Assembly (NCBI GenBank): GCA_019244185.1
Contig: JAFATB010000015.1
Coordinates: forward strand, 1-64,000
DNA from: Acidobacteriota bacterium
Lineage (GTDB): Bacteria; Acidobacteriota; Thermoanaerobaculia; Gp7-AA8
Length of the DNA: 64,000 nt
Reading direction: 5' to 3'
Shown here: positions 50,403 to 59,447 of the stretch, one piece after another
How positions within the stretch are numbered: the stretch's first letter is position 1
Layout of the letters: each line of letters starts with the position of its first letter
Notes under the pieces: generated by a model
The model's database searches: none
The model's input: only the letters and a program-made list of their open reading frames with translations
Told to the model about the DNA's origin: nothing
Translations under genes and position numbers: made by a program

Positions 50403-50648
50403 ATGTCGCGCTACGTGAAGAAATTCAAATCCCTCGGATCCACGGGCCCCTCCGAAGAGCGAGGCTTCGCGATCTGGGCGGGCTACGATATCGTCGGCGT
50501 CGACGACGACCTCTCGCTCTACGGCCTGCAGAATGTCGAAACGTGGGACGAAACCCGGCTCGCGGAGCTCGGCGTGACGAAGTTCCTGCGCGTCGAGCCG
50601 GACGACGAGGCGACGTACGCAACGCTGGGGATTCCGAGGACGAGATGA
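50403..50648 (+). CDS. Small hypothetical protein (81 aa), paralog of the N-terminus of 51616..52071
   Basis: C-terminal part of ORF 50148..50648 from MSRYVKK; host codon bias; similarity to the second copy. Confidence 0.7.
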   Translation: MSRYVKKFKSLGSTGPSEERGFAIWAGYDIVGVDDDLSLYGLQNVETWDETRLAELGVTKFLRVEPDDEATYATLGIPRTR

Positions 50649-50947
50649 CGCACGATACGAAACAGCCGATCGCCATTCCGCTCGAGACGCTGAAGGAGCT
50701 GGCCACGACGGTCGCCGCGGAGCTTAAGGCGCACGCCGGCGGTGCAAGTGTGGCAAACAGCGGCGGAGGCTCCGCGTATCGCGCGCTGCCTCCGCTCGTG
50801 CGCGAGCGGTTCATCGACGTGCGCGCGGCGCTTTTCCAGCGCGGCATCTACGACCCGGTGCTCGTGCGCTTCGACAGCGCGACCGCGCCGCAGGCGTCGA
50901 CGGAAGAAGTGGCGGCGCAACTGGAGCAGGTCGCGGCGGCGCTGTAG
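50645..50947 (+). CDS. Hypothetical helical protein (100 aa)
   Basis: ATGA-coupled to the previous gene; protein-like composition. Confidence 0.7.
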   Translation: MTHDTKQPIAIPLETLKELATTVAAELKAHAGGASVANSGGGSAYRALPPLVRERFIDVRAALFQRGIYDPVLVRFDSATAPQASTEEVAAQLEQVAAAL

Positions 50948-50951
50948 CGTC

Positions 50952-51635
50952 GTGAGCGATCTCCATCGCGACGGCTACACGCTCGCGGACTTTGTGATTC
51001 GCGACGTCGCGCGCATCGCGGCGTCGTTGCCGGACGTCGGCGTACGACGCGGCGGCATTCGCAATCTCGTGCATGCGAACTTCATCGCGGAGCTCTTCGC
51101 CGACGAGCGTCTCGTTCGCGCCGTCACGTCGATCGTTGGCAACGATGCGGTAGCGGTGAAGGCGACGCTGTTCGACAAGACCGCGCGCGCGAACTGGCTC
51201 GTGCAGTGGCATCAGGACCGCGTCGTCGCGGTCCGCGAACGCCGCGAGGCGCCGGGCTTCGGCGCGTGGAGCGTGAAGCACGGCGTCGTGCACGCCGAGC
51301 CGCCCGCGGCGGTGCTCGAGCAGATGCTCGCCGTGCGCGTGCATCTCGACGCGTGCGGCGCGGACAACGGTCCGCTGCGCGTGATCCCGCGCACGCACCG
51401 ACTCGGCAAGCTGGCCGATGACGCGATCGCGTCGCTCGTCGCCACGCGCGGTGTCGCGGAGCTCTACGTGCCCGAAGGCGGCGTCGTCTTCATGCGTCCG
51501 CTGCTGCTGCACGCGTCCTCGCCCGCGCGCAACGTGGCGCACCGTCGCGTGCTGCACATCGAAGTCGCGCCGCGCGATGCAATCGCGCCGTTGGAGTGGG
51601 CGGCGGCGGTGGCGATTACGCCAAACGAGATGTGA
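50952..51635 (+). CDS. Phytanoyl-CoA dioxygenase (PhyH) family Fe(II)/2OG oxygenase
   Basis: WHQD, HLD...NGPL.VIP.TH, LLHAS, RRVLH. Confidence 0.88.
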   Translation: MSDLHRDGYTLADFVIRDVARIAASLPDVGVRRGGIRNLVHANFIAELFADERLVRAVTSIVGNDAVAVKATLFDKTARANWLVQWHQDRVVAVRERREAPGFGAWSVKHGVVHAEPPAAVLEQMLAVRVHLDACGADNGPLRVIPRTHRLGKLADDAIASLVATRGVAELYVPEGGVVFMRPLLLHASSPARNVAHRRVLHIEVAPRDAIAPLEWAAAVAITPNEM

Positions 51636-52071
51636 TCCGCAGGTAGCACTCCTCGCCGCCCACCACCTCCACCCGCCCGTCCTCTTCCCACACGCGGAAA
51701 CGCGCCTGCACGCGCGGGTCGCGAAGCTGGGTGTCGTCGGCGAAGAACGCGAGGAGCGTCGAGCGCGGGACCGTCGTCACGCCGCGGGCGCGGATGCGCT
51801 CCATACCGACCAGCAGCGCGTCGAGGCGATAGTCAATGTCTTGATCTTCGAGCGTCTGCGCGGACGGTGAGCCGGCCACGGCGGCGCCGAGGCCGAGAAA
51901 GTTCTCGAACGGCATCGGGCGGAACTCTTTGACGCCGCGCGCGCGGAGCTCATCGTCGGTCAGGTTGTCCGCGAGCAGGAGACCGGGCACCTCGGTGCCG
52001 ACGCCGTCGATCTCCCATCCGATCCAGCGCTCCTTGCCGAGGAGCGCGATGCGCTGGAGATAGCGAGTCAT
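51616..52071 (-). CDS. Hypothetical two-domain protein
   Basis: Host codon bias; N-terminus similar to 50403..50648. Confidence 0.7.
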   Translation of the reverse strand: MTRYLQRIALLGKERWIGWEIDGVGTEVPGLLLADNLTDDELRARGVKEFRPMPFENFLGLGAAVAGSPSAQTLEDQDIDYRLDALLVGMERIRARGVTTVPRSTLLAFFADDTQLRDPRVQARFRVWEEDGRVEVVGGEECYLRITSRLA

Positions 52072-52152
52072 GTCATGAATCCGTCACTGTCTTGTAGCAC
52101 ATTGTCCTGCGCGCCCACTGCTACTCTGCGCTTCGCAGGGCTTCACCAAAAC

Positions 52153-52929
52153 ATGTTCGAAACGGTCGTCCCGGAAACGGTGGCGCCACGGAGCCGAAGG
52201 CTTTTCTACGAGACTCTTCCGCTCGCGGTCGCCCTTCACGTCTTCGCCGTCGGCGGCGGAGTCATCGCCAACGTCTGGCACGTTGCGTTCCCGTCGCAGT
52301 CGCCGAAGCTCTTCGCGGCGTACTCGCTCGTCGAGCCGCCGCCCCCGCCGCCTCCTCCCCCGCCGCCGCCCCGTCCCGCGGCAACCGTGACGCAGGTCAA
52401 GCCGGTGCCGCAGATGCCGCTCGTCGCGCCGACGGTCATCCCCGACGTCGTGCCGGTCGTGAACAACGATCCGCCGCCGCCCGCGCCGCAGACGGAAGGC
52501 GGTGTGGAAGGAGGCGTGGAGGGAGGGATCGAAGGGGGGATCGTCGGCGGCGACATCCACAGCGTCCCGACGCCCGAGCCTCCGCCGCCGCCTCCACCGC
52601 CGAAGCCGGAGCCGGAGAACGTCGTCATCGCGCGCGACGAGCCGCTGCCGGTGCAGTCGATCGATCAGGAGTTCCCGCCGTATCCGCAGGACGCGCTGCT
52701 CGTCGGCTGGGAAGACCAGCTCGTCGTGCAGTACACGATCAACAAGGACGGCACGGTTTCGAAGATCTCGGTGATCACGCCGCCGCAGCGCGACGAGTTC
52801 ACGCGCACGACGCTCAAGACGATGCGGCACTGGAAGTTCAAGCCGTACTTTGGCCGCGACGGACAGGCGCGCGAGATCACGCACCAGCTCACGATCCAGT
52901 TCAAGATCGCGCACGTGCAGCCTCACTGA
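52153..52929 (+). CDS. Energy transducer TonB family protein
   Basis: N-terminal TM with His, poly-Pro, EGGVEGG repeats, C-terminal PPYP...I..DG.V...WKFKP. Confidence 0.88.
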   Translation: MFETVVPETVAPRSRRLFYETLPLAVALHVFAVGGGVIANVWHVAFPSQSPKLFAAYSLVEPPPPPPPPPPPPRPAATVTQVKPVPQMPLVAPTVIPDVVPVVNNDPPPPAPQTEGGVEGGVEGGIEGGIVGGDIHSVPTPEPPPPPPPPKPEPENVVIARDEPLPVQSIDQEFPPYPQDALLVGWEDQLVVQYTINKDGTVSKISVITPPQRDEFTRTTLKTMRHWKFKPYFGRDGQAREITHQLTIQFKIAHVQPH

Positions 52930-52960
52930 GCCGCCGGCCGCCACCGCGATCGTTTGCAAG

Positions 52961-52976
52961 CGGCGCAATCCTTGCT
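52961..52976 (+). promoter_or_regulatory. Candidate sigma54 (-24/-12) promoter
   Basis: CGGCGCAATCCTTGCT: GG at 52962-63, N10, GC at 52974-75 within TTGCT. Confidence 0.55.
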
Positions 52977-52993
52977 CCCTTCGCTCTCCGTCC

Positions 52994-54376
52994 GTGGTCG
53001 CCGAATTTCCCTATCGCACGCAGCTCGCCATGCCCGTGATCGGGCTCGAGTCCGAGTTCCAGGTGTACGTCGACGAGCAGGTCGTGGTGCCCGAGGAGTA
53101 CTGGCGGGCGCCGTCGGCATTCATCGACCGGCCGCTGCTGTATCGCAGCTCGAAAGCGTCGCAGCTGCCGACGGGCGGCGCGGTGTACTTCGACGGCGGC
53201 GTGCTCGAAGTCGTGACGCCGGTGATCGAGCTCGGCTCGCAGAGCACGGCGCGCGTGGTGCGCAGTCTGTGGGAGCAGATCGGCTTCATCCGCGGGCAGC
53301 TCGACCGCTGGCAGCAGCGCCACGGCAAACGCGTGCGGCTGCAGGCGTACAGCTGTCACTTCAACATCTCGTACGAGCTCGCGCGCGGCGAGCGCAACCG
53401 CAACCGCACGATTCAGAAGCTCGCGCTGCTGCTCGCGCATCTGTTGCCGGCGGCGGTGCTCGTCGCGGGGACGAACCGGCGTTCGACGGGACTCGGCGTG
53501 CGGCCGCGGCGCGACCGCATCGAGATCACGCTCGACTTCATCCCTGACCCGGGGCTGATGGCGGCGACGACCGCGCTCATCGTCGGCATCGTGCGCGAGG
53601 TCATCGGCTGGCCGTCGTATCGCGTCGAGGAGCTCGCGGCGCGCGGCATTCCGGCCATCGCGGACGTCGAGCCGGGCAAGCACGCGACGCGCAACGGCTG
53701 GGTCGCGCGCGACTTTCACTTCCCGCACAACCCGTTCACGACCAGCGCCGACGCGCGCGTCTGGACGACGATCGACGGACGCACGCTCTCGCTGCGGGAC
53801 ATCGCGCTCGAAACGGCGTCGGCGTTCCGCGATTCGATCCAGCGTTACGCCGACGCGTTCAGCGTGCGGCTGCTCTTCGCGGTGCTGCGCGGCGAGATGC
53901 CGTCGTTGCTCGATCTCGACGATCGTCCGCCGGCGTACGACGACATCGGCCACGTCGCGCGCTGGGGCGAGGCGCTGCCGGAGCTTGCGAATTACTCCGG
54001 CGCCATGCGTGATGAGGAAGACGCTGCGCCGCTACGCCGTCGCGCCGACGTCGAAGAGAAGCTCGCGCCGCCGTGGCGTGGCGAAGGCGTCGACCGGCGC
54101 CACCGCGTGCAGATGCCGCCGCGCGTCGAACGTCGCGACAAGAACGAGCGCCGCACCGAACGCGCGTCAACCACGTCGCCGCGACTCGCGCGCTCCGCCT
54201 ACGAGCGCGTCTTCCGGCAGCTCGCGAGTGGCAAACGTCTGCGCGTCGGACGCGAGGTGCTGACGCCGGTCGGCGTGCGCGGCTGGTACCACGCGATCTT
54301 CGAGAACGCGTCGGGCGACGAGCGGATCCTGTCGATCGATCAGGTGCTCGAGCACATGGATCAATGGCGCGAGTAG
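52994..54376 (+). CDS. PafA/Dop-like (glutamate-cysteine ligase superfamily) carboxylate-amine ligase; start at GTG 52994 or ATG 53030
   Basis: IGLESEF, LPTGGAVYFD, LEVVTP, CHFNIS and RRDRIE parallel the PafA/Dop motifs GxExE, NGARLYxD, EYxTPE and HxN. Confidence 0.7.
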   Translation: MVAEFPYRTQLAMPVIGLESEFQVYVDEQVVVPEEYWRAPSAFIDRPLLYRSSKASQLPTGGAVYFDGGVLEVVTPVIELGSQSTARVVRSLWEQIGFIRGQLDRWQQRHGKRVRLQAYSCHFNISYELARGERNRNRTIQKLALLLAHLLPAAVLVAGTNRRSTGLGVRPRRDRIEITLDFIPDPGLMAATTALIVGIVREVIGWPSYRVEELAARGIPAIADVEPGKHATRNGWVARDFHFPHNPFTTSADARVWTTIDGRTLSLRDIALETASAFRDSIQRYADAFSVRLLFAVLRGEMPSLLDLDDRPPAYDDIGHVARWGEALPELANYSGAMRDEEDAAPLRRRADVEEKLAPPWRGEGVDRRHRVQMPPRVERRDKNERRTERASTTSPRLARSAYERVFRQLASGKRLRVGREVLTPVGVRGWYHAIFENASGDERILSIDQVLEHMDQWRE

Positions 54377-54381
54377 CGCGC

Positions 54382-54397
54382 TGGCATCGCACTCGCA
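54382..54397 (+). promoter_or_regulatory. Candidate sigma54 (-24/-12) promoter
   Basis: TGGCATCGCACTCGCA: GG at 54383-84, N10, GC at 54395-96. Confidence 0.45.
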
Positions 54398-54442
54398 CTA
54401 TGCGCGGACAGCCCCGGAACATCGGGGAACGCTGGCGACAAG

Positions 54443-54483
54443 GCGCGTCGATATTCGCAAGGCGGTCGACGCGCTTTCTTTTT
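54443..54483 (+). terminator. Intrinsic terminator
   Basis: GCGCGTCGA (54443-51) / TCGACGCGC (54466-74) followed by TTTCTTTTT. Confidence 0.75.
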
Positions 54484-54532
54484 GCGCGTTCGTGTTCGTC
54501 GGTGCGCGCGCGGCGTTGTATCCTCCCGCGCC

Positions 54533-55864
54533 ATGGATGACGCTCTCGCCACGCTCTACACCGCGCATGTGACCATCCAGAAACTGCGCTACGACCGCGC
54601 GCTCTCCGAGGCGCACTTCGACAACGCGGTCGTCTTCGCCGGCGCTCTGCACTATCAGTTCGTCGACGACATGTCGTATCCGTTCAAGGTCAATCCGCAG
54701 TTCAAGGCGTGGGCGCCGGTCACCGACAATCCGAACTGCTTCATCGTCTACACGCCGGGCCTCAAGCCGAAGCTGCTCTACTACCAGCCGGTCGATTACT
54801 GGCACAAAGTGGCCGGCACTCCGACCGAGCCGTGGGTGGCGAAGTTCGACCTCATCATGCTCGCCACTCCCGACGACGCGAAGCCACACATGCCGAAAGG
54901 CCGCACCGCGTTCCTCGGCGAATGGGACGAGCGCTTCGCCGCGTGGGGCGACTTCACGCCCAACCCGGAAGCCGTGATCAACAGCCTCGACTTCGACCGC
55001 GCGTGGAAGACCGAATACGAGATCGTCTGCCTGCGCCTCGCCAACGAGCGCGGTGCGCGCGGCCATCGCGCGGCGGAGCAGGCGTTCCGCGACGGACTCT
55101 CCGAGTACGAGATCCACCTCGCCTATCTGCGCGCCGCCGATCACGTCGACGAAGAGCTCCCCTACGGCAACATCATCGCCCTCAACGAGAGCGCGGCCAC
55201 GCTCCACTACTACCACCACACGCGGCCGCGCTTCGACGAGTCGAAGCTCTACTCGTTCCTCATCGACGCGGGTGCCTCGTACAACGGCTACGCCTCAGAC
55301 ATCACCCGCACGTACTCGCGGCGGAAGGACGAGTTCCAGTCGCTCATCGACGCGATGGACGTCATGCAGCGCGGCCTCGTCGACGCCGTCGCGCCGGACG
55401 TGAATTACATTGATATCCATCTGCTCGCCCATCGCGGCGTCGCGGACCTGCTGCACGAGTTCCGTTTCGTGCGCGACCTCGACGCGGACGGCATCGTCGA
55501 GCGCCGCATCAGCAGCACGTTCCTCCCCCACGGCGTCGGCCATCTTCTCGGACTGCAGGTCCACGACGTCGGCGGCTTCATGGCCAACCGAAGCGGGAAG
55601 ACGATCGCGAAGCCGGACGGTCATCCGTGGCTGCGCCTCACGCGCGTCGTCGAGCCGGGCATGGTCTTCACCATCGAGCCCGGCTTCTACTTCATCGACT
55701 CGCTGCTGGCCGAGCTCAAAGCGAGCGACAACGCGAAGTACATCGACTGGGACCGCATCGACGCGTTCCACAAATACGGCGGCATCCGCATCGAGGACAA
55801 CGTGCTCGTCACGGACACGGGCCGCGAGAACATGACGCGGAACGCGTTCGCGCATGTCTCCTGA
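54533..55864 (+). CDS. pepQ: Xaa-Pro dipeptidase
   Basis: YPFKVNPQFKAW, PVDYWH, LIDAG, SDITRT, PHGVGH.LGLQVHD, TIEPG, GGIRIED. Confidence 0.93.
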   Translation: MDDALATLYTAHVTIQKLRYDRALSEAHFDNAVVFAGALHYQFVDDMSYPFKVNPQFKAWAPVTDNPNCFIVYTPGLKPKLLYYQPVDYWHKVAGTPTEPWVAKFDLIMLATPDDAKPHMPKGRTAFLGEWDERFAAWGDFTPNPEAVINSLDFDRAWKTEYEIVCLRLANERGARGHRAAEQAFRDGLSEYEIHLAYLRAADHVDEELPYGNIIALNESAATLHYYHHTRPRFDESKLYSFLIDAGASYNGYASDITRTYSRRKDEFQSLIDAMDVMQRGLVDAVAPDVNYIDIHLLAHRGVADLLHEFRFVRDLDADGIVERRISSTFLPHGVGHLLGLQVHDVGGFMANRSGKTIAKPDGHPWLRLTRVVEPGMVFTIEPGFYFIDSLLAELKASDNAKYIDWDRIDAFHKYGGIRIEDNVLVTDTGRENMTRNAFAHVS

Positions 55865-56615
55865 CGCGGCCGGTCTCGCGCTGCACATCGCGCTCTTCGC
55901 CGTCGCGGGCTTCATCGCCCAGATGATCGACGGCACGCTGGGGATGGCGTACGGCGTCTCCGCGACCACGCTCCTGCTCTCGTTCGGCGTGCCGCCCGCG
56001 TTCGCGAGCGCCAGCGTGCACACCGCGGAAGTCGTCACCACGGCCTTCTCGGGCTATCACCACTGGCGCGCCGGCAACGTCCTCGGCACGTTCGTGCGCA
56101 AGCTGCTCGTCCCCGGCGTGCTCGGCGGCATTACCGGCGCGTATCTGCTGACCGCGATTCCGGGCGACGCGATCAAGCCGTTCATCGCCGCATATCTGCT
56201 GGTGATGGGCGTGATCATCCTCGCGAAAGCGTGGCGGCGCTCGGTGCACGTCGGCAGCGAGAAGCATCTCGTTCCGCTCGGTCTCGCCGGCGGTTTCTTC
56301 GACGCGATCGGCGGCGGCGGATGGGGACCGATCGTCGTCGGGACGCTGCTCGCGCGCGGCAACGAGCCGCGCACGACGATCGGCTCCGTCAACTTCGCGG
56401 AGTTCTTCGTCACTTTCGCCACGTCGGCGACCTTCCTCTTCACGATCGGCATCACGAACTGGCCGGCGATCGTCGGACTCGCGATCGGCGGCGCGATCGC
56501 CGCTCCGATCGCGGCGCGACTCGCCGGACGCATCCCCGCGCGCCCGATGATGTTCAGCGTCGGCGCGCTCGTGATTTTGCTGAGTATCCGGACGATTTTT
56601 CTGGCGCTGCGCTGA
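55854..56615 (+). CDS. TauE/SafE family sulfite exporter
   Basis: AQMIDGTLGMAYGV, DAIGGGGWGP; hydrophobic. Confidence 0.9.
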   Translation: MSPDAAGLALHIALFAVAGFIAQMIDGTLGMAYGVSATTLLLSFGVPPAFASASVHTAEVVTTAFSGYHHWRAGNVLGTFVRKLLVPGVLGGITGAYLLTAIPGDAIKPFIAAYLLVMGVIILAKAWRRSVHVGSEKHLVPLGLAGGFFDAIGGGGWGPIVVGTLLARGNEPRTTIGSVNFAEFFVTFATSATFLFTIGITNWPAIVGLAIGGAIAAPIAARLAGRIPARPMMFSVGALVILLSIRTIFLALR

Positions 56616-57204
56616 ACGCGGGATGCTCGCGGATCAGCCGCATCGACTCCGCGAACAGCGCGGCGTGCTCCGGCTTGTTCATCCACGTCGAGCGTCCCGA
56701 CGGATGCGGCAGCACGACGACGTCGAACGAATGTCCCGCGCGCGTCACGCGATGCATGCGGCCGACGGACTGCTTCAGTTCCGCGATGCCGACGAGCTGC
56801 TTCGCGGAAAGCGTTCCGACGGAGATGACGAGCTCGGGCCGCAGGAGGCGCAGCTCGCGGTCGAGATGCGCGCCGCAGTTCGCGATCTCGGTCGCGTCCG
56901 GCACGCGGTCGCCGCCGTTCTTGAGATCGCGTCCGGGAAAGCAGCGGATGACCGAGCCGATGTGCACGCGCGCGCGGAAGTCGGCTTCCTCGATGCCGAG
57001 GTGCTCGGCGATCCAGGCGAAGAGCCGCTTGCCGGCGGTATAGGCGAACGGCCGCTTGTAGTCGGCCTCGCGCGGACCGGGCGCTTGCCCCACGAGCATC
57101 ACGCGCGCGTCGCCGCACGCGCCGGTGACCGGCTCGCCGAAGACGTTCGGGCAGGCGCGGCAGGCATAGAGCGCCTCCAGATGAGCTGCAAAGTCGCGAT
57201 TCAT
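56554..57204 (-). CDS. Uracil-DNA glycosylase superfamily protein (with Cys cluster)
   Basis: CRAC, GQAPG, RCFPG, LPHPSG. Confidence 0.88.
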   Translation of the reverse strand: MNRDFAAHLEALYACRACPNVFGEPVTGACGDARVMLVGQAPGPREADYKRPFAYTAGKRLFAWIAEHLGIEEADFRARVHIGSVIRCFPGRDLKNGGDRVPDATEIANCGAHLDRELRLLRPELVISVGTLSAKQLVGIAELKQSVGRMHRVTRAGHSFDVVVLPHPSGRSTWMNKPEHAALFAESMRLIREHPAFSAAPEKSSGYSAKSRARRR

Positions 57205-57225
57205 ACGCTACGATCCACGCAAACA

Positions 57226-57966
57226 ATGCGGCGCCTCGGAATCGTCCTGCTGTGCCTCTTCCCCCTCACCGCGCACGCGTGGACGCGCGCTTCCGACGAA
57301 CGCATCGCGCAGAAAGGCGCCGCGCTCGCGCCGCCCGACCTGCGCGCCCTCATCGAGCGCTTCGAGCCGGAGTACAAACAGGGACTCGAACGCGCGCTCG
57401 CCGACGAAGGCTCCGACACGCATCACTACTTCGTCCTCTCACGCGAAGGACGCCTGCGCGAGCGCCTCGAACGCGAGACGCAGAAAGCGATCGCCGACAT
57501 TCGCAAGGGCGAGCCGCTCGGCCTCGTCATCGAACGTCTGGGCGGACTCGCACATCTCGTCGCCGACGCGAACAATCCCTTCCACGTCGCCAACGACGAC
57601 GTGCGCCTCGGCGCCTCGCGCGCCGATTTCGAACAGTACTTCGAGCGGCGCCTCACGAAGTTCCCGACCGTCTTCTACGGACTTGACCCGCAGTTCCGCC
57701 TCGGCACCTATCTCGACCGCACGTTCGCGCGCACCGCGAAGTTCTATCCGCTGATGAGCGAGGAGTACTTCCGCGGCGGCACGGCGCATACGTCGAACGA
57801 TTTCGACGACCGGTCGACGGCGTTCGGCGTCGCGGCCGTCTGCTACTCGCGCGCGGTCACGGACCTCGTCAACCTCTACTACTTCATCTGGAAGGAAGCC
57901 GGCGGCGACGTCCGCTCGGCCGCCGTCATGCGCGACGGCAATCTGTCGTTGCATGCAGAACATTGA
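57226..57966 (+). CDS. Secreted Zn-phospholipase C / S1-P1 nuclease-fold protein (degenerate)
   Basis: C-terminal part of ORF 56623..57966: signal peptide ending AHA-W; LAHLVADANNPFH. Confidence 0.7.
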   Translation: MRRLGIVLLCLFPLTAHAWTRASDERIAQKGAALAPPDLRALIERFEPEYKQGLERALADEGSDTHHYFVLSREGRLRERLERETQKAIADIRKGEPLGLVIERLGGLAHLVADANNPFHVANDDVRLGASRADFEQYFERRLTKFPTVFYGLDPQFRLGTYLDRTFARTAKFYPLMSEEYFRGGTAHTSNDFDDRSTAFGVAAVCYSRAVTDLVNLYYFIWKEAGGDVRSAAVMRDGNLSLHAEH

Positions 57967-59446
57967 GCGGGCAATCCTCTCCGTCTCCGACAAGACCGGC
58001 ATCCTCGAGCTCGCGCAGGCGCTGACCGCGCGGGGCGTCGAGATCCTCTCCACCGGCGGCACCGCGAAGCATCTCGCCGACGCCGGCGTTCCCGTGACGC
58101 CGATCGCGCAGTGGTCCGGCGCGCCGGAGATTCTCGGCGGACGCGTGAAGACGCTGACGCCGAAAGTCTTCGGCGCGATCCTGCACGACCGCGCGAACGA
58201 CGCGCATCTCGCCGACGTCGCGCGCCTCGGCATCCCGCGCGTCGATCTCGTCGTGGTGAATCTCTATCCGTTCGAGTCGACGATCGCAAAAGAAGGCGTC
58301 ACGCTCGCCGAAGCGGTCGAACAGATCGACATCGGCGGCCCGTCGATGCTGCGCGCCGCGGCGAAGAACCACCGCCACGTGCTGCCGCTGTGCGATCCGT
58401 CGCTGTACGCCGACTTCCTGCGTGAATTCGAAGGCGGCGCGATCTCCGACGAGTTCCGGCTGCGCTGCGCGATCCGCGTCTTCGAGAAGACGAGCGCCTA
58501 CGACGCCACGATCGCGAGTTACCTTGGCGGCAACGCGTCGCTCTCGCTGCAACTCGACAAGTTCCAGGACCTCCGCTACGGCGAGAACCCGCACCAGAGC
58601 GCCGGCTTCTACGTGCGCGCCGGCGAGCGGCCGTTCGCGCAGTTGCAGGGGAAAGAGCTCTCGTACAACAACCTGCTCGATCTCGACTCGGCGATCCGTC
58701 TCGCGAACGCGTTCGGCGAGCCCGCGGCCGCGGTCATCAAGCACACGAATCCGTGTGGCGTCGCGCGGCGCGACACCCTCGCCGAGGCGCTGCGCGCGGC
58801 GATCGAAGCCGACCCGGTGTCGGCGTTCGGCGGCATCATCGGCGCGAACCGCACGTTCGACGGCGACTGCGCGCGCGCCGTCGCCGAGCTCTTTCTCGAA
58901 GTGATCGTCGCGCCGGAGTTCGACGACGAGGCGCGCGAGCTGCTCGCGAAGAAAAAGAACCTGCGCCTCGTCACGACGGCCGGCGCGGCGCCCGCGCACG
59001 AACTGCGCTCCGCCGCCGGCGGCATCCTCATGCAATCGACCGATCGCCTCGGCGGACGCGACGCATGGAAAGTCGTGACCGAACGCCAGCCCACGAGCGA
59101 GGAGCTCGACGGACTCGAATTCGCGTGGATCGTCTGCGCGCACGTGAAGTCGAACGCGATCGTGCTCACGCGGCAGTCGCAGTCGTCGGGCATCGGCGCC
59201 GGACAGATGAGCCGCGTCGACGCCGCGAAGGTGGCGATCATGAAGTCGCTCCTCGGTACCGACGGCACGTTCGCGGCGTCGGATGCGTTCTTTCCGTTTC
59301 GCGACGGACTCGATCTCCTCGCCGACGCCGGCGTGCGCGCGGTGATTCAACCGGGCGGCTCGGTGCGCGACGTGGAAGTCATCGCCGCGGCGAACGAGCG
59401 CGGATTGACGATGGTCTTTACCGGCGAGCGTCACTTCCGGCACTGA
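57953..59446 (+). CDS. purH: Bifunctional AICAR formyltransferase/IMP cyclohydrolase
   Basis: SVSDKTG, STGGT, IDIGGP, RYGENPHQ, KHTNPCG, SDAFFPF, RHFRH. Confidence 0.97.
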   Translation: MQNIERAILSVSDKTGILELAQALTARGVEILSTGGTAKHLADAGVPVTPIAQWSGAPEILGGRVKTLTPKVFGAILHDRANDAHLADVARLGIPRVDLVVVNLYPFESTIAKEGVTLAEAVEQIDIGGPSMLRAAAKNHRHVLPLCDPSLYADFLREFEGGAISDEFRLRCAIRVFEKTSAYDATIASYLGGNASLSLQLDKFQDLRYGENPHQSAGFYVRAGERPFAQLQGKELSYNNLLDLDSAIRLANAFGEPAAAVIKHTNPCGVARRDTLAEALRAAIEADPVSAFGGIIGANRTFDGDCARAVAELFLEVIVAPEFDDEARELLAKKKNLRLVTTAGAAPAHELRSAAGGILMQSTDRLGGRDAWKVVTERQPTSEELDGLEFAWIVCAHVKSNAIVLTRQSQSSGIGAGQMSRVDAAKVAIMKSLLGTDGTFAASDAFFPFRDGLDLLADAGVRAVIQPGGSVRDVEVIAAANERGLTMVFTGERHFRH

Positions 59447-59447
59447 G

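Noticed and set aside
50403-50947. Small ORFs as Pup/UBact-like modifiers for the PafA-like enzyme
   Set aside because: They end in PRTR and AAAL, not GG(E/Q), and look folded rather than disordered
56554-56615. 62-bp convergent overlap of tauE and the UDG-family gene
   Set aside because: Probably stop-codon drift in a GC-rich genome; the overlapping tail shows no family motif
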